Translations under genes and position numbers: made by a program
The notes under the pieces: model-generated
What the model was told of the DNA's origin: nothing
Seen by the model: only the letters and a program-made list of their open reading frames with translations
The model's database searches: none
In this document: positions 50,701 to 61,702 of the stretch, one piece after another
Layout: each line of letters starts with the position of its first letter
Numbering within the stretch: the stretch's first letter is position 1
NCBI GenBank assembly: GCA_964035545.1
Contig: OZ037767.1
Location: 16,735,581-16,799,580, forward strand
Length of the DNA: 64,000 nucleotides
Origin: Bugula neritina
Taxonomy: Eukaryota; Animalia; Bryozoa
Direction of reading: 5' to 3'

Positions 50701-53420
50701 CTCTATATTCTCAGCTGATATACAAATACAAAGAATTTGATTACCACATAAACATATTATTATAGTATTAGTATTAGCAGATCTGGTTTGCTTTAGTGAA
50801 AGTGAATTAAAAGACTTCAGACAAGTTTTTACAAGCTTTTTGCCCTTTGAATCACAGCATATGCTATTATACGATACAGCTTTTCAATATGGCATCACAA
50901 TGTAGCATCATATCTACACAGAATCTGCAGTATGATACTATAGCTATATTATTATACTGTCTCTAAGAACTCTGCGTATTGATATAAAAACTTAAACTAC
51001 ATCTTATACTAAATATAATGTATTCCCTGTACTTACACACATAACATTCTACACAACGCACTACACAATGTACTACACAACGCACTACACAATGTACTAC
51101 ACAACGCACTACACAATGTACTACACAATGTACTACACAACGCACTACACAATGTACTACACAACGTACTACACAACATACTCCCATACACTGGTTCCGA
51201 ATACACAGGATTCTGCTGCCCTCTGCTCTGCACATTCAATTTAGCCTCTTCTTCAAAATTCAGCAGACGTGTGGCGGCCCCTCGCACATCCTTGACCTGC
51301 TTCCTCTGCAGCACTTTCTCTGTAACCAACTCCTTCGCATCCCATTTCTCTGCATCTGAATTCATCTGAAAGAAATTTCTATCAACTTTTGGAACTACTT
51401 TACAGATTAGCAGCTTTATTCAGTTTTAAAACATACAGCTTGAGGGAGAATATGGGCAAGAGGGAAAGTTGATTGCTCTAAGGTACACTAAATACTATAC
51501 AGTGTCTGTAGAGTATGCATGTGGACAGCACATTTAAAATAGACAAAACTTATTAATAGCTAAAATAAAATTTTTATATCTTCTTTCAAACATTATGATC
51601 ACTCTTAACGTGAAACTGTTGCAAAAAGAATAAATTTATGGCAGTAGTCACGATAACTGAACAATTTCTGGATAATTAATTTACTACACAGCAGCAGAAA
51701 GTCAGCAAATCTAACTGTATAATAAATATACTGGATTAAATCCAAATACATGCATGTCGGAGTTCTTAATCAGCTATATATTATTACATTATATTATATA
51801 TTACACTATTATATTATATTTTACTATATTATATATCATTATAATTATTATAATATATTTTATTATAATATGTCATATTTTATTATATCATATTATATAA
51901 TATCATATTATATTATATTATATTAATTAACTCAGCCTGAGGGTTAAGCTGACACAAACACTGCTCACCTGAGGGTCAGATCTGGAACTCTTAGCCGGTT
52001 TCCTGGAGCTGGTGGCAGCGGCGTTTGACATGTCGGTGAAAGTGATGTGTTCGTCATCTTTCTCCAGGAAGGGCGTGGCTAGAGTGAAGTAGAACAGATC
52101 GTCATCATGGTCAGAGTTGTCTTCTTCCTTCAGAAACATCTCCCTCCAAGTATTAGTACAATAGTATATCGCCATTGCATGCGCGAGAGTAGTATATATG
52201 GTATAGCAAGAGCTGTATACTGTATCATACTCTAGTACACTATAATATTATGTGCTATAGCATACCCTAGTATGGTATAATTATATATGCTATAGCATAT
52301 AAGAGTATACTATAATAGTATGTGCTATAGCATATAAGAGTATACTATAATAGTGTACGCTATAGCTTATTCTAGTATACTATTATAATACATGCTATAG
52401 CATATCCCGGTATACTGTAATAGTATACTTACTCTACATCACTGTGTAGACTGAGGAACTTACTCTACATCACTGTGTAGACTGAGATACTCTACATCAC
52501 TGTGTAGACTGAGTACTTACTCTACATCACTGTGTAGACTGAGGTACTTACTCTACATCACTGTGTAGACTGAGATCATCCACCGCACTATTCTTTCTAC
52601 CAAACAACTTCCTGTTGCTCCTCATTGCCTGCAGTCTGTTGGATGAGGTGACATTTGACCTTGACATTCTCGGCGAGGTCGACAAAGCCAGCGCCTGTAA
52701 CTGCACCAACGTAAATACTATACAGTTACACTCTACTGAGTTATACTATACAGTTATACTTTTGACTATATACAGTGATACTATTCACTATAATATACAG
52801 TTGTACTATTGACTATATACAGTGATACTATTCACTATAATATACAGTTACACTATTGACTATATACAGTTGTACTATAGTCTACCGGTTTTGAAACTCC
52901 TTGCAAATCCTTTTCAGTTAATCTTCTTGCTGCTTCGGACAGCTCATTGTATAAAAGGGAAGGCTCCTGTATAGAATATAAAGTAGCAGTAATAATATCT
53001 ACAACAGTGTACGATACTATATTATGTTGTATATTACTTCAATGACTGTAACTAATATTGTATTATATATACGCATAGTTGATATATTATACTGCATTGC
53101 GAGAATATCACATCACGGTGTATTCATCAGGTAAACTAAGAGGGTGGAGGTGGGTTTAACAAACCTTCAGTTAAACAATCGTCGTGAAATTTTCTAAAAA
53201 TAATTCAAAACTTACCAAAAATGAAACAAAAAACTGAAACTCAAATCATAAATTTACCAACCGTTGATCTTCTGTAATAAAATATCAATGTTCTCATGAA
53301 ACAGTGTAAAGGTTTTAAGTATAATTATAATAAAGACAACTATGTAGAAATCTTGTATAGAATATATATAAATTCAGTTTACCTGGTTCTTTTGTGTTTA
53401 GACTTGGGCGAGGAAGACAT
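44766..53420 (-). CDS. Divergent inactive rhomboid (iRhom/RHBDF-like), ~17 coding exons
   Basis: Long cytosolic N-terminus. TM1 region IRQKLEALPVYTPWFIHTITVIQ (48771-48954). iRhom homology domain NMWAGPSREKLVKGGALYAPCLRND (48433-48577) and KPCCLGGRGQC..C (47171-47406). QFWRIPLSLIYHEGIIH...IEKVAGWLKMA (46461-46619). C-terminal YFNCLTFIPYACE. The 5'-most exons (53383-53420, 53262-53271) are less certain. Confidence 0.82.
46923..47130 (+). mobile_element. tRNA-derived SINE relic, possibly Meta-domain type, in an iRhom intron
   Basis: A-box-like GTGGTCTAGAGG and B-box-like GGTTCCAACCC, followed by TTGGTGATGTTAGGAAGAGCATCCAGTCATAA, which resembles the conserved central domain of invertebrate SINEs (from recall, not searched). 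Confidence 0.55.
48621..48688 (-). mobile_element. Degenerate tRNA-like sequence (SINE head or tRNA pseudogene)
   Basis: The minus strand reads GTCCCTGTGGTGTAATGGTTAACACACCTGCTTGCAAGCCAGAGGTCTCGTGTTGAGCCCCAGTAGCA: A-box TGGTGTAATGG, degenerate B-box, and acceptor and anticodon stems that do not pair properly. Confidence 0.5.
49140..49449 (-). repeat. 13-bp array of AAGTAAGT donor-consensus units at an iRhom donor
   Basis: tacttacttcatg, ~22 copies; junction 49450/49449. Confidence 0.93.
51049..51181 (-). repeat. 12-bp array starting at an iRhom donor
   Basis: Minus strand A|GTATGTTGTGTA GTACGTTGTGTA..., ~11 copies. Confidence 0.9.
52427..52574 (-). repeat. Five copies of the last ~23 nt of an iRhom exon plus its donor
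   Basis: Minus strand CTCAGTCTACACAGTGATGTAGA|GTAAGT repeated; the real junction is 52552/52551. Confidence 0.95.
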
Positions 53421-54133
53421 GTTGAAATGTAGTGCAACTTCACACAAGTTTCATATTAAATATCCAAAACTATTTATCCCAAGCGCTACACACATCTGCT
53501 GTACTGAACAGATGGACTTCTTCCCCTTATAGCTGCCACAAGACTGTACATACTGTACAAGTTACTGTCACAGCGTACTGGCGTTACGTAATACTCCATG
53601 AGTTTTGCATTGTCTATTAAATTCTACAACTATGTTTGTCCTCAGCATATCTATTTCAAAGTATTGAGATTCAAAACTATATTTACACGAACATCACTGG
53701 CAAAAATCACTGATATAAAAAACCCGCTAATAATAAAAAGTTCTTAAAATACTTTATCTGATAACAGACACATAATATTTCAACAGACACATTAGATGCA
53801 ATGCAGCTCTAATGTACAATATACACGATACTATACAATATACATCAATCATGATAGTACTGTGCATTATACATACCTCATGTATAACCATTAGACTAAC
53901 TAACTACACTAACCAGATGGTGCAGATTAAACACCAGAATGTCTGTCTAGGAGTCACTAAACTCCTCTGAGACCTCTACACAGCCTCTTTCTACTACTCA
54001 AGATGAGTTTCACATTAACGAATGAGTGGATTAAATTAGCTATAGAATAGGCACTGTATGTACACTATATAACATTAGCTAGCAGTTGGTAAGTCATTGT
54101 GTATGTCTGTAAATAACTACACGTATCTAAATG

Positions 54134-54487
54134 TTACATCATAGAATCCAGGTAGCTCTGTAGACCTCGAATTGCGTCACTCGGCTCAATTCTATTACAG
54201 GACAGAGTCATCACGGCATTCAGTAGCAGAGAAAACGATTTTTTATCTCTTTTCTTGCAACATTTCTTAAAGGCCTACAAAATTTGAAAGAATTATTGTG
54301 CATTGTGTTACCACAATTACTAATGCTGGTATTACCACTACTACTACCACTACTACTGATACTAATACTACTACTACCACTACCACTACCACTAATACCA
54401 CCATTACCACTACCACTATTACTACCACTACCACTACTACCACTACTACTACTATTACCACTACTACCACTACTACCACTACCACTA

Positions 54488-54547
<60 letters not shown>

Positions 54548-57500
54548 ATACTACTACTACTATTACTACTAATACTACTAGCACTACCACTACTACTAAC
54601 ATACCTTTGAATTATTTTGACACGCCAACTGACAAATATCCCGGATTGATTCCTCGTCTGTTATTTTGTTAAACTGACCAGAAGAGAGGGCGGAGGAGAT
54701 GGAAAACTCGCTGTCTTCTACACGCTGCCTGAGCACCTGACAGAGAGACCAATCAGTTGAATACACAGAGTATTTCAACAGACAACTAACTGTTCTATAT
54801 TTGTACTGCTACTGTGACTGGTAAAGATCTTATTCTGTGAGTGACAGTGTATAACTAATACTGAGAGTGACAGTGTATACCTAATACTAAGAGTAACAGT
54901 ATATAACTAATACTGAGAGTGACAGTAATTTAACTAATACTGAGAGTGACTAGTGATGACTAATTAAACTCACCGCTCTGCTAGACAGAAGAGTTATCTG
55001 CCCACTAAACACAGCAGACCAAAGTTCAACCAAGTCTTTCACCAACACCTTCCTATAAGTAAAACAGTCTATATAAATTCCCGATGTGGTAAAGGACAAG
55101 AGATTAGACTCTGTCTGTCATAGATAAGCAACACATTGTACTACATCTCACTTGAGCTAGCTGTGAAAACGCTTAGTCTAAGTTCTTAGGCTACGAGATG
55201 ACACTATTACTACAGAAATCAGATAGCATATCATTGATATCTAGAGTTGCTAAAAATTTTAGCGCCCTACGTATGTGTACTGAACCAGAGTAGAGGTCAA
55301 ACTAATAAAGAAAACATCATCCTGTGAGGCGTGTAAGAGATGACAACTTCTATTATGCAACAGAAGTTTGGACATACTCTAGTTCAGTACACTGCAGTGA
55401 CACTGCAGTGTACTGTATTGACATAATATTATATTATATAACATAATATATCATAATCATAAAACACAATTCACTAAACACACCTTAGCAAGTCCTCCTC
55501 AGTGATCTTCAAATCCCCTGCCAGTTTCAACACATTATCATAGAGGAAGTCGTACATAGACTTGCTCACTGTCTCCGGTTCTAAGGAGCTGAGGCTTAAC
55601 ATCTCCATCAGTATGCAGTGTAGACCGAGCTCCTAACAGTATGATAATATATAAATTCATAGATACAATATAGATAATATATATATATATTTAGATACAG
55701 TAAGATAATAATTATATAGGTACAACAAGATAATATATAGACACAATAAAATAATATATAGATATAAGGAAGTGTAATACTAACCATGAGTATCCCAACA
55801 TGCTCAGCTGAGAGACCATATCCCAGAAGTCTCTGCACTGTGAGTGGGCGGAGCTCAGGAAGCTGAGCCCTAATCTCTTCAATACTCAACGTGTGGGGGC
55901 TAGTGGAACGCCCCTCCTCAAGGACTATAGGAGGGAGATTTGGCTCAGCCATGAATCTGTAGTCCTGTAGTCTCTCCTTATCCCTCATGGGCACAGTACA
56001 CCTGGTGGGATAGCAAGCAGTACTGAATACACGCCTAGTTTGTCAAGTCAATAATGTGTGTAATTGGTTTTCAACTGCTTTTATTCCAAATGCTTCATAT
56101 TAAAAAATAATATTGTAATAACATTCATTTTGAATTAAAATCTTTATTCAATACATTTCAAATAAAAAAGGTGGCTACTAAATAAATTTTTATTTATTTA
56201 TTAATTAAATGATTTTATTACACAAAGCATTAATGTGAATTATAAATTCATATAGAAAAGACAACTCTTAGAGTAACAATTATTTAAAGGAATGAATAAT
56301 CAACAGCCACTAGTGACAGCTACTAGTGACAGCTAGGAGTGACAGCTAGGAGTGACAGCTATAAGGGACAGCTATAAGTGACAGCTATAAGTGACAGCTA
56401 TACGTGACAGCTATGAGTGACAGCTATGAGTGACAGCTAGGAGTGACAGCCAGGAGTGACAGCTAGGAGTGACAGCTATAAGTGACAGCTATAAGTGACA
56501 GCTACTAGTGACAGCTATGAGTGACAGCTAGGAGTGACAGCTAGGAGTGAGAGTACCTGTTTGTGGTGTCAAAGGACATGGTCTCATTCTCTACTTTCCC
56601 TCCGCTTACAACTAAATTCTTCTGTCTCTCCACCTCATAATCTACAGTACACAAAGTCTATACAACACAATGTCAACTCTTACAGAATTTACTGTTTGTT
56701 TGGACTTGGAAAACAGAAAGTGAGACAACTCCAAGATAGAGAATTGTTTCATATATTATACATATGCGCATTGTACAGATGTTGTGAGGGTAGACAACTT
56801 CAAAATAAAATTGATGACAACAAACCTATTGCCTGCTGCACTGCCTTTAAGCTGTTGAGATTCTTCACCTCAGTTCTCACTCCGTACGGTTCTCCTGGTA
56901 CGTGTACCGATACATTGGCATCCACTCTTAAAGCCCCCTCTACACAATATTAACAGGCTACAGCGTGTAACTTATGGGTACACTGTCTATGTTATATAAC
57001 ATAGTGAGACATGGAACTAGAAAACCGAGCATTGAAGCTGCCCAGCAGCGAATAATCTAATTGATATCTATGGGTGTGCGTGCCTAGCTTACAGGCTCTA
57101 GCTTCATCATCTCAACAATCCAGTAAGAAGAGGCCAAATTCAACTTTATAGTATCTGCACTTTTAAATTAATTATTGTCTAATTCTAAACTGATAGAAAA
57201 ATAAACATTTGATTGAAAGTGCCATTGAATAAATTACCATGTGGAACTGGCTATTCTGTGTAATTACATTACGATGTGCTATGCTACGGCTAGGCAGCTA
57301 AAAAGTCTTTTTGACAACAATAAAACAGCAAAAAAGGAGAATAGGGTAGAGTGGAAGTGCAGGTAGAAATGAGGGTAGAAGTAGTGGTAAAGGAGATAAT
57401 GAAGGTGAGGTAGAAAGAAGAGATGGAAGTGGGGGTATAAGTAGATGTAGAAGTAGAAGGAGAGAATAGAAGGAGGGGTGATACTCACGCTCCATCTTCC

Positions 57501-60256
57501 CAGTGCAAGTATTGACGAGCCGAAGCATCTGCTGCACCTCCCTGACGAAAGCTGCAGCTTGTTCTCCGTTAGTAAAGTCAGGTTTGGTTACTATCTCCAT
57601 GAGTCCTATACCTAGACAAACAGACATGTTAAGCATTACACATCGCAGGTAATGCATCTCACTCACTCACTCACTAACTTACTCACTCACTCGCTCGCTC
57701 ACTCACTCACTCACTCACTCACTCACTCACTCACTCACTCACTCACTATCTCGCTCACTCACTCACTCACTAACTTACTCACTCACTCGCTCGCTCACTC
57801 ACTCACTCACTCACTCACTCACTCACTCACTCACTCACTCACTATCTCACTCCCTCACTCACTTACTCACTCCCTCACTCACTCACTCGCTCACTCGCTC
57901 ACTCGCTCACTCGCTCACTCGCTCACCCACTCACTCACTCACTCGCTCACTCATTTACTCACTCACTCACTCACTCACTCACTCACTCACTCACTCACTC
58001 ACTCACTCAACTTACCAGCGCGATTGAGATCCACTAAACTCCTGTTGTTCACAGCATCATGTAGACTTTTGCCACTGTCTTGTTCCAGTTGAATCTGATG
58101 GAGACGAGCCTTGTGAAAGAGAGCTTTTTTGTGCCTACAAGAGAAGCCAAATTTAGAAAATGTCTATCCAGCCCTTTTCATCCAAACTATAATGCACAAT
58201 TGAGATAATAGAATGTATAACAAGAAAACCAACCTGCCTCTAACATATATAATATAGTCAATTTCTCCGCCCACTGCTATCGGTTTCCTGTATTGTGTAA
58301 TCTGGTATCCTGCAGGCATATCAGCATAGAAATAGTGTTTCCTGTCAAATGTTGACACTCTATTGACATGGCAACCAAATGCAAGTGCTGTTTTCACCGC
58401 AGCCTTGACGCAGTATTTATTGAGAACCTAATGAATATAATACACACATATTTAGGTTAGCATTACAGTAAATTGATAATTTCAGTTAATCAAACCAGCA
58501 TTGTAATGAATACTCACTGGCAATGTTCCAGGTAACGCAGCATCAAAATATGAGACGCAGGAGTTGGGAGAACTGCCATATTCTGTAGAGGCTCCAGAAA
58601 ACAGTTTTGACTTTGAGTTTATTTGAGCATGAATTTCTAGACCAATCACAGCTGCCAAATTTTTTCTCATTATTTCTCTACTACATAGACATAATATATC
58701 AAACTTGCAAACGTCGATTCATGGGAATTCAAGATTACAATTCATGAATACAAGCTATTTACAATTCCTATAAATCTCATAGCTATGTTTTGAATATAAA
58801 GCAAGGGTCAGCAGCTAAACAAAAATATAAGACTACAGCTGACAGAATAGCTGAAACTAAGCTTGGCTTTCACTATAGGTACAAATATCAAATTTTACAA
58901 TTCTATTGAAATTAATTTATATTAAAAATGTTTAAAGACTTATATTGCATAAAATATTAATATGATTTCTAGTTATATGATATTTTGATTTACTTTAGTC
59001 ATCATTTATTGCTCTATGTAGTATTATACAATCATTGAATGTGAAGTGAACCATCAGGCATCTTATAATGCAGATAACAAACTAAAAACTAAAAAGTCAA
59101 GCATTATAAGTATATACTATAGTATATAAATATATTGTATTTGCTGTTCATTTCCAACCGCCACATCAAAAAAAAATAAGACAGTTCTGTTTTGCCGGTC
59201 TTTTGCTTTAAAAAAATAAGAACTAAAGTGTGTTCATATAATTTCAAGAATGAGTGAAACGCCTACACAAAAAGAACAAGTGATAAATAATACTATAAGT
59301 CTTAGTTCATACGGCAATCATAAGCTACTTTAAACCTATTGTAATTATTATTATCATTATGAATACCATTATGAAAATGAAGATAATACCTATGTTGACA
59401 TGCAGATTGGGTGATGCAGTAACTGTAAGTGAGTATGAGTATCAGTTCGATATAGATTGAGTTGTACGTTATTATTATATTTAAAATCTTATTGAATTTA
59501 ATGAGTATAACTCTAACTGCCTTGGACTTACTCTTAGGTTATACTTATATAAACTCAAACTCCTGGTCCAATATCAACATGAATATTTAAATCCACGCCA
59601 TTATCATTGTGATTGACTTTGAGTTTCATTCTGAAAGTAAATTTTAATTTTATATTAACTTTAAGTTTAAGCCTTAAGCCTAAGGTATTACTATTACTAT
59701 CAGTATTAGTATTACTATTAGTATTAGTATTATTTATAAATTAATATTATAATTATCATTCTGATTCTCAGAGTGATTCATTATAATATTCAATATCATC
59801 ATTATGATAATGATGATTATCATTATCATATTCATATTCATTTATTCTTAATATTAGTTATTGATTATTGCTCATGATAATCACTTCTAGTTGATTTTCA
59901 TAGTTCTGGTTCATGCTGTTGCACTTAAAGTTGATTTGTTCATAATATTAATCATAATCAATATCATAATGATAATTCATATGATAATCATAATGATTAT
60001 GATAATCATAATCATAATGATAATCTGATTATCATAATCATAATCATAATGATAATGTTAATGTAGCTAGGTTTAAACTAAAACTGCAAATAAATATGTG
60101 CAATTACCTGTTGTCATATTGTAGTGTATTTTTTAAGAAACAAGTATTGCTGTAGCACTTGATTTGGTGTTGCTTGGGCGTTAAGTTCAACAGGTTTTTA
60201 AAGTTGGTGGCGTAGTTTATACAAACATAACCACGCCTTCTAGATGAGGCTGCCAT
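54134..60256 (-). CDS. GATB: Mitochondrial glutamyl-tRNA(Gln) amidotransferase subunit B (PET112), ~12 exons
   Basis: Exon 1 (60108-60256) encodes a presequence-like [10 protein letters not shown]... and splices in phase 2 to exon 58518-58680 ([18 protein letters not shown]...DAALPGTLP). Also [83 protein letters not shown]. Confidence 0.95.
54330..54600. repeat. (ACT/ACC)n trinucleotide array starting at the last GATB donor
   Basis: Abuts the donor at ~54603. Confidence 0.95.
56310..56550. repeat. 13-bp array starting at a GATB donor
   Basis: gtgacagctagga, ~18 copies; junction 56557/56556. Confidence 0.92.
57658..58009 (-). repeat. (TGAG)n tetranucleotide array, i.e. overlapping GTGAGT motifs, right after a GATB donor
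   Basis: (ACTC)n on the plus strand; junction 58016/58015. Confidence 0.96.
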
Positions 60257-61702
60257 TTTTAAGTGTAGACAATAGCTCGCCGCTACAAATGGTTATGTTC
60301 ATTATATTTAAAACGATCTGCAAACAGCGCAAGGAAGTGCTAAACTTTAACTTGTAGATGCCACATACAGACTGTTCAGAAATTTGTTTACATCCGTTTG
60401 TACATGCAATGTGATGAAAGTGTTCGAGTTGCGACTTTATTTCATTGGCTTGTGTGCTAAATTTAAATTAGCACCAAATAATAACACTGTATTACTATAT
60501 AAATGTATTTAGATTCTTGTCATCAATGTTGAGCACTAGTTTGAACTTCTTTGATAAATAAATAAAAGGTATGTTAATATTAATGTCAGAATCAGACTCA
60601 GTTTGAGTTACTCAGACTCAGTTAGTGAGTTACACTTAGACTTACTGCTACTGTTAGCGTTAGACTTAGTGTTACTGTGTTAGTCTTACTGTTAGTGTTA
60701 CTGTTAGTGTAACACTTCTGACTTAATCTTACACTTACAGACTGAGACTACAGTACTATACTCGACTCTCAAGTACTACTACTAGCAGTACAATCACTCA
60801 ATCAGTAGTACTACTACTACTAGTACTAGTTACTAGTACTCAACTACTGACTAGTACTGTAGTAGTAAAATTAGATTACAATTTTAATTTACACCATGGT
60901 CAAATGATCTATGTGAATGTCAATATGAAATTATGATTATCATTATAAGTGATCTGTGATCATGATATTCAATTTGAATATCATGATCATAGTCATTATG
61001 ATTATCATTATGATAGTGATTATGATTATCATTATCACCATCATTATGATTATGACTATCATACTGATGTTGATAATGATAGTGATATTCTAATTCATAG
61101 TGATAGTGACTGCGATACTCATACTCATAGCTACTGATAGTGATAGTGATAGTCATTATGATTATTTCATAGATAGGGATACAAATAGTAATACTAATAG
61201 ACTTAGATTAGCTTACCAAATCTGACGAATGGCAACTTACCCTGATGACTGATACTCATGGCCATGTTATGAACGTTAACACAGTTTGAGTATGAGTATA
61301 GTGTAAGTATATACTAATACTAGTAATAGCGCTGACGGCCTGTTATTTTGTTTGATCAGTTTGATGGCTAGTTTAACATAATTAGTATTACATATATTTA
61401 TAATTCAAAGTTTGTTGTACAATATAGGGGTGGCCAATATAGTTTTGCTCTAATAAACGCGCTTCATTTATAGTTTAAGTAGTAGTACTGTCGGTAGGCA
61501 TAGTATATTAGTATTAGGACTTAATTAATAAACTAAATTAATAAAAGCTTCAGTTTCATCAAATTTAGATTAATTATACATAAAGCAGTTTTGTTTGTTT
61601 TAACAGACGTTTTTAATAGACCAACAGAGTATTATTACTTCAGATAAATATATTATTTACTTTATATTTATAAAGTTATTCTTGCAGTTTCACAATCTAG
61701 CC

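Noticed and set aside
51031-51181. Alternative distal GTAAGT donor at 51036 extending the iRhom exon through the 12-bp repeat
   Set aside because: It would end in phase 2, but the next exon (50666-50714) needs phase 1.
2075-58092. Many long low-complexity ORFs in the track (e.g. 9531-10154, 13612-13971, 15744-16461, 33683-34338, 41012-41847, 49089-49504, 54267-54672, 57652-58092)
   Set aside because: They are translations of intronic tandem repeats, open in several frames and on both strands. The flanking real exons splice around them with GT-AG.
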